From Felis catus (lineage: Eukaryota): a DNA stretch of 60,000 bases. The stretch lies in the NCBI RefSeq assembly GCF_018350175.1, contig NC_058368.1, positions 115,322,001 to 115,382,000 on the forward strand. The letters are read 5' to 3'. Positions 12,079-24,780 of the stretch are shown piece after piece. Within the stretch, counting starts at the first letter, position 1; every line of letters starts with the position of its first letter. The notes under the pieces were generated by a model that was not told the origin of the DNA, did not search any database, and saw nothing but the letters and a program-made list of their open reading frames with translations. The position numbers and the translations under genes were made by a program.

Positions 12079-13292
12079 TGTGAAATAATAGAAAATATAT
12101 ATATTGGCCTTTGCTCCCATTCTTGGCACAGAGCTGCTAAAACTCTTGAAATTCCCTAAGTGGTAAGAACACTAGGAGCATCTTTTGTTCTAATATTTGG
12201 TTTTTCATGTTGATGCCTGACTGAGTTCTTAAATCTAAGAATTTCCTGGGTGATTTAAATGTCTTGTTCTAATGAGGTGGTAACTAGAAAGACCAAGCAC
12301 TGATTAGAAACTTGGAATTTTCAACCCCACTTCCATTCTTCAGAAAGGGGAAAGGGGCTGGAAATGGAAATAATTGATTATTCCCACATGATGAAGCCTC
12401 CATAAAAATCCCAGTAGTATTGGGTTTAGAGAACTTTCATGTTGGTGAACACATGGAGGGGAGGTGCTGGGAGAGTAGCACATCCAGAGAGGGTATGGAA
12501 GCTCAGCAACCCTTTCCACATAGCCTTGCCCTATTCATGTCCCATCTGGATGTTTATATCCTTTCCCATATCCTTTAAAAAAAAATTTTTTAATATATTT
12601 TTAAATATTTATTTATTTTAGAGAAAGAGAGTGCAAGCCGTGGAAGGACAGATGATCCAAAGTGGGCTCTGCATGGACAGCAGAGAGCTCAGCGCGGGGC
12701 TTGAACTCATGAACTGCAAGATCATGACCTGAGCTGAAGTCAGACGCTTAACCGACTGAGCCACTCCAGCGCCCCTACCATATCCTTTTAAAATAAATTG
12801 GTAAATTGTAAGGAAACCGTTTTCCTGAGTTCTGAGAGCTTTTGCAAATTTATCAAACCTGAGGAGGGGATTTGGGGAATCTGTGATTTATATTGGTCAG
12901 AAGTACAGGTAACAACCTGGACTTAACAATTGGCATCTGAAGTGAGGGAGGAACAGTCTTATTGGACTGTGCCCTTAACGTGAGGGATCTGATGATACTC
13001 GAGGTATATGGAGAGTCAGAATTGGGCTAAAATGTACGACACCCAGCTGGTGACACAAATTTGCTTGGTGTGGGAGAAAATCCACACACATCCGGTGTCA
13101 AAAATGTTGAGACTGGTAGTAGTGTGAGAGTAAAGGAAAAATACAAAGTGAGGTTTTCTTGGGGCACCTGGCTGGTTCACTAGGTAGGGCATGTAACTCT
13201 TGATCTCAGGGTCATGAGTTTAAGCCCCATGTTGGGTATAGAGCTGAATTTACACACAGAAAAATCTTCTAAAAAGTAAGGTTTTCTTTACA
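12079..13292 (+). mobile_element. Solo ERVL-class LTR (MER21-like) with two nested SINEs (12577-12777 minus; ~13161-13275 plus)
   Basis: TGT...ACA termini with 5-bp TSD GGTGG (12074-12078, 13293-13297). MER21-type motifs (gacacccagctggtg, ttgcttggtgtgggagaaaatccacacacatc). Nested SINE TSD ccatatccttt. Confidence 0.8.
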
Positions 13293-13399
13293 GGTGGAAA
13301 AATTTACAAGTTCTAAAAAATTATAGGAAATATGAGAACATTAGAGAAGAATACTAAATCAAAAGTCCAAGGCTTAAACTAAGCTCTTATTTTCTAGAG

Positions 13400-13537
13400 C
13401 TCTGCAGTACAATACATGAGGCTATTTCAACTGACAAAAATTGAATCTGTTTTTCCATCTCAGTATTTAGTGACTGCCGTATTGGACAGCTCAGAGAACA
13501 TTTCCACCTGTGTGGAAAGTTTTATTATACACTGCTG
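13400..13537. mobile_element. MER3-like hAT-Charlie DNA transposon remnant
   Basis: attggacagc...agaacatttccac...gaaagttttatt...ctgctg resembles the MER3 end. Confidence 0.55.
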
Positions 13538-13545
13538 TTCTAGGG

Positions 13546-14057
13546 CAGGGGTTGGTAAACTTGTAAAAGGCCAAATAATATTTTACACTTGTGTACCATA
13601 TAGTCTCTCTTATAACTACTCTCAATTCTGCAGTTGCAGTATGAAAGCAGCCATAGTCATAGAAAGTGTCAACAAATGAGCATTACTGTGCCCCAGTAAA
13701 ACTTTATATTTTTTAAATTTTATTTATTTTGAGAGCAAACAAGCAGGGGAAGGGCAGAGAGATGGGGAGAGAGAATTCCAAGCAAGCTCCGCGCTGTCAA
13801 CCCCAGAGCTTTAAGTGGGGCTCAATCTCAGGAGCCATGAGATCATAACCCTGAGCTGAAATCAAGAGTCGGATGCTTAACTGAGCCACCCAGGTGCCCC
13901 CAATAAAACTTTATTAATAGACAATGAAATTGGAATTTTGTAAAATTTTCGCTGTTACAACAAAAAATTTTCCACCAATCATTCTAAGCTTGAGAGCCTT
14001 TCGAAAACAGATTGGCAGGCCAAAACTGGCCTGTGAACTGGAGTTTGCCAACCCCTG
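13546..14057. mobile_element. MER58-type hAT-Charlie MITE interrupted by a minus-strand SINE (~13708-13900)
   Basis: Terminal inverted repeats CAGGGGTTGGTAAAC / GTTTGCCAACCCCTG; flanks resemble the NTCTAGAN target. Confidence 0.8.
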
Positions 14058-14199
14058 GTCTAAAAATGAAATTCAGGCCTTGGGAATTGATAGCTCATTA
14101 GTAACAGGCTGAAGCTAGTACCAACATGTCTCTGAAAAATTCCATGTTACCAATACCTTTGCCTTATAGCAAGCCTTTATCATATGGTATTAAATACCT

Positions 14200-15235
14200 T
14201 TTATTATTTTTAAATGTTTATTTTGAGAAAGACATCAAGAGCACAAGCATGAGTGGAGGAGGGACAGAGAGAGGGAGAGAGAATCCCAAGCAGACTCCTC
14301 CTTGTCAGCATGCAGCCTGACCAGAGGCTCCATCCCATGAACAATGATATCATGACCTGAGCCAAAATCAGCAATCAGGCACTTTAGAGGAGTAAAATGA
14401 CTTTAGTAAATTATCCAAATAGAATGGTTCTCATTTTTTGTATTTGGAGTTCGTTGTGTATACTTTTTACATGGCTTTTGTCATAGCAGTTCTCTTCATT
14501 TTTAATGTACACCTAAAGGAAAGGTCCTAAGAAAGAACACCAGTCTTCAGTTTGCAGCAGAGCCTGATCACAGTTTCAGCCCTTGGTAGTGAAACAAATG
14601 GTCCCGAAGAAAAGAGGAAAACTTTATGTCATGAAGTCAGAGTTTAAAATCTGGGATCACTGGGTTCTTGGGTAGCTCAGTCGATTGAACTTCTGACTCT
14701 TGATTTAGGCTCAGGTTATGATCCCAAGATTGTGAGATCAAGCCCGGTGTTGGGCTCCACACTGAGTGTGGATCCTGCTTAAGATTTTCTCTTTTTTGGG
14801 GCACCTGGGTGTCTCAGTCAGTTAAGCGTCTGACTCTTGATTTGGGCTCAGGTCATGATCTCACAGTTCATGGGATCAAGCCCTGCTTGGGATTGTCTCC
14901 CTCTCAAATAAACTTTAAAAAAAATCCCCCCCCCCCCACACCTCAAAAATACAAAAAAAAAAAAAAAAAATCAGGGCACCTGGGTGGCTCAGTCGGTTAA
15001 GCATCTGACTTTGGCTCAGGTCATGATCTCATGCTTCATGGTTCTAGCCCTGCATCTCACTCTGTGCTGACAGCCTGGAGCCTCTTTGGATTCTGTGTCT
15101 CCTCTCTCCACTCCTCTCTTGCTCAAGCTCTGTCTCTCTAAAAAATAAAATAAAGATTAAAAAAAATTTTTTTTAAATACAAAAAAATTAAAATATAGAA
15201 CATTAAGTAAATAGATAAATAAGTTAATTAATTTT
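14200..15235. mobile_element. SINEC cluster (~14200-14385 minus; ~14662-14790, ~14798-14970, ~14974-15235 plus)
   Basis: Multiple gggcacctgggtg heads and A-rich tails. Confidence 0.8.
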
Positions 15236-16209
15236 AAAAATCTGGGATCACAAGCTCCTGTGAGCATACAGATTGCCTTCCTGACCACTGTAAGTCTACC
15301 CAGGTGCAGAGAGGGGGGCCCCTTTGTTGCTACTTGAAGGATAATTCATTGAAGTCAGTGACTGTATTCAATACCCCAGGAGGTTTCAGTGGCTTAATCA
15401 TGCCCATTAAAGTAATATAATGGGATTTCCTAGTTGATGAGTGAAGTTAATTAGTCACCTACTACTCCCTGTTGAGTTGATTTTTTTTTTTTTTTTAATT
15501 TACTGGTAAGGAAAGAAAAGATGAAGTAAAACATTTCAAAGGATCTTTTTAACCCTGAGCTGCCACCTCTTGTCATAGGAAGCAGTTAGTAGACACAATG
15601 TCCCTCTTCATTGCTCTGCTTCAGTTTCAAGCCTCAGACCTGTACCATATCAAGAGGAAAAACTAAAGCAGGATGGGTAGGGGGCTGAAAGTATTGAGTG
15701 CCATTCCTGGTGCCTATCAATAATTTACTTCCTTTCCTTCAGGGTTGAAATTGCTGTCAACAGACTTTTGAATTAAAATTTTGGATCACCTCTCAAAATT
15801 TTAATCAGGAAAATAAAACCCTGGAGAAATAAATTCTGCAGGCCCCAAAGGAACATAAAAATGTGGATCAGTGCCTAGGAATTCACACAAAAGAAAACAA
15901 TTGGGGAAGAGCAACTAATTAAGTACTTAAAAGAATGACAATGACTTCTTGAATCTTGTTGCTTAATTAGGGTTTTATGAACAGCTCCAGTTAATGGACC
16001 TGTCAATATTCTCTTGGAAAACAATTTCACTGAATTAACAAATCAACGGTAATACTTAGAATGTCTGCTTAGCAATTCTCTTTACTGCTATTTAGAAGGC
16101 CTGTTACTTTGGCCCTCCTGTACTCCAATAAAGGGCCTTTAGAATTTGAGAACATTCTGTACTCCTTGTTAAGGGTGACTTTACTACTACTTCAAAAAAG
16201 GCTGATAAA

Positions 16210-16480
16210 ATGGACCTTAAAATAGATTGTAGAATAGTTGTAGATTTACAGGAAAGTTGCAAACATAGTACAAAGAATTCCCATGTACTCCACAACCCAG
16301 TTTCCTTTCATAAGAACATTTTACATTAGTATAGACATTTGTTACAATTAATGGGCTAATATGAATATGTTGTTAACTAAAGTCCATACTTGCAGATTTC
16401 CTTAGGTTTTACTTAAATGTCTTTTGTCTGTTCTAGAATCCCATTGAGGATATTACATTTAGTTCTTATATCTCCTTAGG
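16210..16480 (-). mobile_element. Old L1 (L1M-type) 3' fragment
   Basis: agatttacaggaaagttgcaaacatagtacaaagaattcccatgta. Confidence 0.55.
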
Positions 16481-17686
16481 CTCATTTTATTTTTATTTTT
16501 AATATTTTAATGTTTATTTATTTTTGAGAGAGAGCACGAGCAGGGAAGGGAATGCTCTAGTTCTCAGATGATTTGATTACCCTATGAGCTCACAGCAAAG
16601 GATGGGAATTTTTATCAGATGCCTGTAGAAGGGAGTAGCCAAGCCCAGACAGGCCCTAGAATCATAATGGGTTAGAGTGTGGAGATGCCCTCAAGGCATA
16701 AAGCCTCTGAGTTATAATCTGGAAAACTTAAGTCCTACCTTCTACTACCTCTACACTCCTGGCACTCTGTCCTTTTCTACACTAGGGTTCCATTTCTTGC
16801 CCCTGTATAATAGGACCTAATCTTGATCTATTCCTCCAAGGAATCTTTATATTTAGTTTCTCAGATCCCTAACTTCTTTCTTCTGTAATCTCCAGGGCTG
16901 AGTTAGAGGAAGAGAATGACATATGCTAATCACACATCTTGTCAGAAGACTATTTAACCCACCCTTTTTATGAGTTTAGAGGCTTTATTAACTGAACTCC
17001 TAGACACTGGGGATAACCGATGAACAAGACTTAGTCCCTGCTTACCTTAACATGGCCTATCAGGGCATACACAGTCTAGCCCTTACCCCTCTTATCTTCA
17101 TCTTTACCACCCTCAGATTCCCTTCAGGCCACACTGATTTCTTTCAGTCCTTGATAAGCCTTTTGCTACTAGGTCTCTGTGCTTGGTATTTCCCCTTCTG
17201 GTTCCATCTTTTTTTCCACTTTGTCTCCTTTGAGATCTCAGCTCATATCATGTGTAGAGAAGCCACTTTCCCTGGGTATCTGAGTAACCATTACACATGT
17301 CATTGCACCTGGCCTACCACAGAGCTAGACAGTCAGATGCCATGTGTCCTTTGAAAGGTATTATTCACACCAGCTTCTGTGGGTTTACATAATTCCCATA
17401 GAGCCAAGCAGCCTCAATTGTACTGACAACTAAGGACCTTCAGCTAGCTGATAAATACTACCTATGTGTCAAAATGTATCTAAAATATAGTAATGCTATA
17501 GGCCTATCTATCCTGCTTTTCAATAATTTGCCAGTAATTGAGAGTATGGACAGCACTGGTTTTATTCTTTAATAGTTTGAAACAAAAATACCATGAAAAC
17601 AAAGATGTCCAATTTCCAAAGCATTTTCTAGTGGACTCTGAAGATGTAACCTACTGCACAACTATTTAAAACTAAATTAAATTTCA

Positions 17687-17885
17687 GGGGCGCCTGGGTG
17701 GCTCAGTCGGTTGAGCATCCTACCTCAGCTCAGGTCATGATCTCACGGTCCGTGAGTTTGAGCCCCGCGTCAGGCTCTGGGCTGACAGCTCGGAGCCTGG
17801 AGCCTGCTTCAGATTTTGTCTCCCTCTCTCTGACCCTCCCCCGTTCATGCTCTGTCTCAAAAATAAAACATTAAAAAAATTTTTT
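17687..17885 (+). mobile_element. SINEC with 17-bp TSD
   Basis: TSD aactaaattaaatttca at 17670-17686 and 17886-17902. Confidence 0.92.
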
Positions 17886-18767
17886 AACTAAATTAAATTT
17901 CAAAAAGTATTGAATGAAAATAATGGATTTGCAGAGGATTTGTTCCAATTTGAAACATGCGTTAACTGAAACATATGTGTCGCCTTTTGTTACTTTTTTT
18001 GGTAATCTATAAATGTCTTCATAATTAAAGTGTGTGAAACAGCTTTGTGTGTAAATTATAACTAGAAGAACTTCTCTTACTAGCAATCCTTACACTAACA
18101 AGTAGGTGCCAGCTTAAAACTTATGTTATGACCAGACTTAAATGGATAATTTTAACAAGTGTACTCTGGGGTTTTATAAAAATAAATAACCTTTGAATCT
18201 ATGGTTTTGTCATTTTAGGATATTCATGTAAATATACTGCGGCACATGTGGTGCTCTACAACGACAACATTGCATGTTGATCATGTGCCAGAATTGCTAA
18301 ACTCATTCTACATATCTGAATCCTCTCAACAGCCCTACAAGGTAGTGCTGTTACTTGCCCAAGGTCACACAGTGGGTCCAGGAACTACTGTGCTCAATTA
18401 ATCTGGCTCAGAAACTGGTGTTTGATTTGGAACTTTCAAGTATGGTGCCCCCAGGTCTTCCCAACTAATTCTAATAATTGCTTGCTTTCTTTAGTCATCA
18501 ACCTCACTCAGACTAACGAATAATGTCTTGCAGGGACTACTGAAATGGCTGTTTCCATCTGGTTTCTTAAAACTATTTCAAGTGCCAAATACCTTCTTTC
18601 AGGCTATCAACATCTTGGCCACTGTTGCTGAAGCTTGAGCTTCCTTTTGCTCCTAACATTTAAAGAACAAATACAGCCAAACCCGTTAGCCTGTTTTTAG
18701 CCCCCATCTATTTCATTCTGTCATATCACCTGTGAGTCTCCTAGATTTTTTAAAATGTCCCTCTCTG

Positions 18768-20850
18768 GGTGCCTGGATGGCTCAGTCGGTTAAGCATCCC
18801 ACTTTGGCCCAGGTCATGATCTCATGGTTGCTGGGTTTGAGCCCTTCATTGGGCTGGGCACTGACAGTGCAGAGCCTGCTTAGGAGTCTCTCTCTGCCCC
18901 TGCCCTACTCGCTCTCTCTCAAAATAAATAAACTTAAAATGTTCCTTTGGAAGGCCTTAATGGGTCACACATTCCCACACACAGGTTTGCCCTTTGATAG
19001 AATTTCTTACATTTTTATTAAAATTATTCAGTGCTAGCACTACTAAACTGTAGGTTCAGTGAGGGTCAAAATAAAAATATCAAGACCTTTAAAAATCCCT
19101 CAAAGGTTTACTTTTTTATTTAAGTTTATTTATTTAAAGTGAGAGAAAGAATCCCAGGCAGACTCCGTACTGTCAGTGCAGAGCCCGCTGTGGAGCTGGA
19201 ACTCCTGAACCGTGAGATCATGACCTAAGCCAAACCCAAGTTGGACACTTAATGGACTCAGACACCCAGGCATCCCAAAGATTGACTTTTTTAAAGGATG
19301 GGATTCAAGTTGGGTTCTCATTTTAGTTATGCATATATAGTAGTATACTTGCTAAATACTTGCATAAAGACTTTATAGATAAATATAAACAAATTATTAC
19401 ATGCAGGAAAGTCATTCCTAGATTATTTCAAGAATAATCTCCCGGGGCACCTGGGTGGCTCTGTCGGTTGGGCCACCGACTTCGGCTCAGGTCATGATCT
19501 CACAGTTCGTGGGTTCAAGCCCCACGTCGGGCTCTGTGCTGACAGCCTGGAGCCTGCTTCAGATTCTGTGTCTCCCCTCTCTCTACCCCTCCCCTGCTCA
19601 TGCTCTGTCTCTCTGTCTCTCAATAGTGAATAAACGTTTTAAAAAAATTAAAAAAAAAAAAAGAATAATCTTCCTACATGCTAAAACCCCATTTGCTAAA
19701 ATTGCTGAGGGTCAACATTCTTAACCTGTTAAAAGTATCTTACTCTAAATGGCTGTGCGATGTTAATGAGGAACTCTAGAAGTGATCTTATTAAAAAAAG
19801 AAACCAGCTTTGTTCAAAATTACTATCAGAAGTAACTAGCATGAGAAAAAAATTATGAATGGGGAAAGAAGTAAAAAAAAATCACTTGTATATGAGGGGC
19901 GCATGGGTGGCTCAGTCAATTACGTGTAATACTGACAAGACCTTAAATGTAAATCCTGTGTTCAAGAAAGTTCAACATAAAGATAAATCTCCTAAAGAAA
20001 ACTAAGTTTATAAAAATTCCACTGTAACAGGATGGAAAAGAATAACCATAACTATTGTTAAAACTTAGTGATAAAGTTTAACTAGCCCTATCAGATGTTA
20101 AAATGTTACAAAAAGAGTAAAACAGTGATACTGGCACTTGGATTACTCAATGAATAGAACCAGATAAAAGGAAGTCCAGAAATAGACTCTGAAACAAATT
20201 AAATTTAGAAAGTACAATAAGAAAGCACAATTTTTCCTTTATATAATTGCAAAGTGTAGTGACTTTGCCTTCCAAATTAAAAACCATGAGGAGTACTTAA
20301 AAGGAACAATGTGACGATTTTTAAAATTCTAGGGGCGCCTGGGTGTCTCAGTAGGTTAAGTGTCCGACTTCAGCTCAGGTCACGATCTCGCAGTCTGTGA
20401 GTTCGAGCCCTGCGTCGGGCTCTGGGCTGATGGCTCAGAGCCTGGAGCCTGCTTCCGATTCTGTGTCTCCCTCTGTCTCTGCCCCTCCCCCGTTCATGCT
20501 GTGTGTCTCTCTGTCTCAAAAATAAATAAACGTTAAAAAAAAATTTTTTTTTTTAAATAAAATTCTATATATACGGGCAATTTGCTGACTTATTAGTACA
20601 GCAGGTGACTCTTGATCTCAGGGTCATGAGTTCAAGTGCCAGGTTGGCAAAGAGATTGCTTTTATAAAAAGTAAAGGGGCACCTGGATGGCTCAGTCCAG
20701 TTAAGTGACTTTTGGCTCAGGTTATGATCTCACTGTTTTTGAGGTGGAGCCTGGTTCATATTTGGTCTCTGTCTTGATCTCTCTGTCCCTCCCCCACTCA
20801 TACACTGTCTGTCTCTCTTCCTCAAATATAAACACGCATTAAAATTTTTT
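18768..20850. mobile_element. SINE-rich segment: SINECs at ~18768-18940 (+), 19110-19275 (-), 19444-19660 (+), 20331-20560 (+), 20576-20850 (+), with an L1-like fragment ~19940-20220
   Basis: SINE heads and tails; TSD aagaataatct around 19444-19660. Confidence 0.75.
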
Positions 20851-20986
20851 TTAAAGTCACTTCTGTATTCTATTGGTCAAAGCTGTTTCTATTTACAGTG
20901 CCCTTCCAAATGCAGATAGAGGTGAAATTGATTCCATTGTTATAAGAAGAGTGGCAAAGAATTTGTGGCCATCTTTGATAGCAAGC

Positions 20987-21088
20987 ATATATATACACAC
21001 ACACACATTTATATATATGTGTGTGTGTATATGAATGTACACACATTCATATTCACATATGTGTATATATATGAATGTGCATACACAT
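20987..21088. repeat. Compound (TA)n/(CA)n/(TG)n microsatellite
   Basis: atatatatacacacacacacatttatatatatgtgtgtgtgtatat... Confidence 0.85.
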
Positions 21089-21101
21089 AAAAAATGTTTC
21101 T

Positions 21102-21315
21102 TTTTTTTTTTTTTCAACGTTTATTTATTTTTGGGACAGAGAGAGACAGAGCATGAACAGGGGAGGAGCAGAGAGAGGGAGACACAGAATCGGAAACAGG
21201 CTCCAGGCTCTGAGCCATCAGCCCAGAGCCTGACACGGGGCTCGAACTCACGGACCGCGAGATCGTGACCTGGCTGAAGTCGGACGCTTAACCGACTGCG
21301 CCACCCAGGCGCCCC
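21102..21315 (-). mobile_element. Young felid SINE (SINEC_Fc-like)
   Basis: CpG-rich near-consensus body; TSD ataaaaaatgtttct at 21087-21101 and 21316-21330. Confidence 0.92.
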
Positions 21316-24300
21316 ATAAAAAATGTTTCTTAATAGAAAATCCTTAGAATACACAAGAGATGGTTGATAGGTGGATTGCCTTTAAGTTAGGGGAACAAGT
21401 TGGGGAAAACTGTTCTCTGAAACTTATTACATGTATACCTATTCAAAAATTCCTTCTTAAACCCCCTCTTGCTGCCCCTCCAAGTAGACTACAGCTCTGC
21501 TGAAGGCAGTACCATATAATGCTCAGAAGCTCTGGGTTTGGACTTATATAGAACTGGGTTCAAATCTTGCTTTTTGTTGCTATTTAGCTGCATCATGTGC
21601 AAGTTTTTTAATCTTAGTAAAACAAGAATAATGGTACCTTACTCTCAAAATTATGGTAATTATAAGGTATTATAAGCTGCTTAGTGATTATGTGGCATCA
21701 AAATGTATGTCCTCAGTATGTCTCCTAGTCAAAACTGAAAGGTCTTCATTATCAGCTCAAATCCAGGCTCTTTCCTGGTATTAAAGTCATGTAACATAGT
21801 TGTACCAAGCTTGTCACTTAGACCTTTCAAGGTCTTAGCAGAAATTCTTGCTTTTGTCTCATTATTTACCACACCTGGTGCACACCTCACGCACTCCCAA
21901 GTTACCCAAACCAATATAGAGCTCTTGGTCCATCTCTACTCACAGCCAGGCCTACCTTGAGGCCAGATTCCTTGTCCAATCTCCATCAGACTACAATCCT
22001 CAAAAGGTAGGCAATTTGTCATCGAATCCACATCCTTGTACTATGTCCTTCATGAAACAGGCATATGATAAGCTGAAACCTTGTATTTGGTTTCCAATAT
22101 GTCTTTGCTGGTGAGCCATTAAGCAGATCCTCAATAAATAATTACTCAATGAAAAAGTTTGATTTTTCTTTGTATGATCACCAGATGGCATTACAGCCTT
22201 ATACAAAAGCATGGGTAAGTGTGTATCTTAGTGCTAACATGCATTCATGTTTCTCCATGAGGAGCAGAGCCTCTTGTTCCATCTAAGAGCTGGAAACAAC
22301 AAAGGGGAGTCTTAGCCTTTGTTGGAATCAAAGGCTCACCAATTAGAAAGCAGATGTGGTTTTGAACGGAAAGAAGATACAATATTCACTGAAGAAATTG
22401 GATCCCCCAAAATTTCATTCCAGAGCTAACTAGTAGGCTTAAACATTACTTACTCAGTAGTTTATTTATACAACATACATGGAGATGTGGGATTATAGTT
22501 CCACTCTTCATGGCTATTTAAAAGTTTCTCTTGTTTGACTCTAGCCCTCAGACATAACTTAGTCACAAAATTGAAGTCACCTAACTATAATTCCCAAGTC
22601 TTCAACCAAATCTAATGAAAACTCCACACCATCCTCTCTGCCTCTTGTTAAATAAAATAAAAACATACCTCCTTTTATCTGGATCCTTTTCTTTAGGAGT
22701 GTCCATTATGAACTGTCCCTTGTCTAACCTATTTTTTCAACCAAACCTTTCCTAAAATACCCTTTCTGTCAACATTTTTTTAATGGTTAACTTTGTTTAT
22801 TTTGAGAAAGCAAGTGTGAGTGGGAGAGGGGCGGAGCCTGATTTCACAAACTGTTAGATCACGATCTGAGTGGAAATCAGGAGTCGGACACTTAATTGAC
22901 TCAGCCACGCAGGCGGCTCTGTTCTGCCATCATTTTAATTGTGCTCAAAACTCATAGGAAAACAAAAAATTCAACCCTACTTTCTCCAGTCTCTTCATAG
23001 CCAAACCTTTTCTGCACTGGGTAATTTCCAGCTTCCTGTTTCAATACATTAAGTACCTACAGTCTGACTTCCTCTCACTGGAAGCAAGTCCATAATGTTA
23101 AGAATGATGTTCACGTTGCTAAATTTTTTGTTGGATGCTTTTAGTCCTAGTCTTCCCTATTGATAGCATTTCACCCTGTTGATGACTTGGTCCTTTAAGT
23201 ATTTTGGCTGTTAAAGCAGTAAAATTTGTGTGCCTTCCTACTCTTCCCAAACCTTTCTGCTTTCCCCCCACCCCCACCCCCACCTCTGTGTTCACTTGGG
23301 TCTCCTTTGCCATGCAGCTCTACCTGGTTAGTTTCTCAAGGTCCTAAGGCCTCTTTTTTCACTGGGCTATCTCCAGCTTATCTTTCAAATATCATTGCTT
23401 CATTTATACCATTTACTCAAGTGTGCCAGTAACCCACACTTTTTCCTCCATGAGCTAAAGACCCATAAATGCCACTCCTTTAAAATTGATGCCAAACACC
23501 TTAAGCCTGCCCTCCTGGTACTCTTCCAGAGCCAGTTAATTGCACTGCTAACCATACAGTTGTCATTCATCCACGACCCTTCCGTCCCTCAACTTCCATA
23601 TTCAGTCAAATTGACAAGAGTTGAGTTCTGGCCTAAACTACTCTTCAAATTTCTACTGGTCTCTGGTCTTCATCTTTGCTCTCTCCACTATCTTCACAGA
23701 GTACCCTGAATGATTTTTCAAAGATGCGAATCTGATTCAGCATACTGAAGATTTTAAAAATTTGAGTGCTGTTAATTAGTATTGGTGTTCACTTATTTAC
23801 CTCAGCCATCTGGTGACTGCCTGTCCCTCTGCATTTAATTTTGAAAACCCAGGGACTTGGCCCTTAACTCCAGCTCTACCTGCAATTTCTGTCTTAGCTC
23901 AGGATTTTCACATATGCAATTCGGGAACCTCCATCAGCCTCAGGATTGTTTTACCTTCACTCAAATTCGAAGTGGCGGCGGCGGTATTTTCGATGGGCTG
24001 GGTTCGCTATCTTCCGCCTCGATGACTCTCCACGGAATTACTGAGATTAAAAACAACGAAAATGGTATGGGTACCCTCGCCTGGCGCTTGCTGCCACTTG
24101 TCGGCAAATACGGAGGAAAATAATCAGAATAGTAATCAGGTCTAACTAGTGACTCCTGCGACTCGCTTCTAACGCATACCCTTATTTACATTTTGCATCA
24201 GGCAGTTCAAGGGTTGGGGGAAAAGCCTTTTTGGGAAATGGGACTCGAACCTGTAAACAGGTTCTCTATCCATTTCCCGCCACAGGCGGGCTACAGGATT

Positions 24301-24429
24301 AGAGAACAACGACCGCCATCAGCGCGAGCAGTATACGCTCACTGAGTAGGAGGAGGGGCCTGGCGCGCGCAGAAACGGGACCTGAGAGGGGGTGGGGTGG
24401 GGGAGAACTCTCTCGCGAGAGCGGGTTTG

Positions 24430-24549
24430 TTCTTGCAGCCGCTCCTGCCACCTCTTACCCTCGCCGTTGCTGCGGGGGATTGTGGGAGCCTCCGCGTCCC
24501 GCTCGCTAGGAGAGAGGTATCTCTCCTTTTCCCTCTCCCTTTCCTTAAG
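24430..24549 (+). other. MATR3: MATR3 non-coding first exon 1a (start approximate; donor AAG|gtaggc at 24549/24550, alternative donor GAG|gtatct at 24516/24517)
   Basis: Lies just downstream of the TCTCGCGAGA motif, has consensus donors, and resembles the mammalian MATR3 5' UTR as I recall it. Confidence 0.7.
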
Positions 24550-24689
24550 GTAGGCGTGAAGCGGGTAAGAATCGGGGTGGGGTGGCCGGGGGCTCTCCGC
24601 GTCCGCCGGGAGGAGGCAGCGACGGCGACAGGGGCCGTGGGGAGCCGGCGGCGCGCCTTTCTTGCTCGCTCCCGCTCGCCCGCTCTGCC

Positions 24690-24780
24690 TCCCTCCTCGC
24701 TGCGTATGTGAGCCGCCTGATCGGCGGCCGCCATGTTAGGAGCGCAGTGGCGGCGCAACCAGCCTCCTCGGGCGGCGGAG
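24690..24780 (+). other. MATR3: MATR3 alternative first exon 1b with Kozak ATG at 24733 (MLGAQWRRNQPPRAAE); start approximate
   Basis: GCCGCCATG, 16 codons, then the strong phase-0 donor GAG|gtgagc at 24780/24781. Confidence 0.75.
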
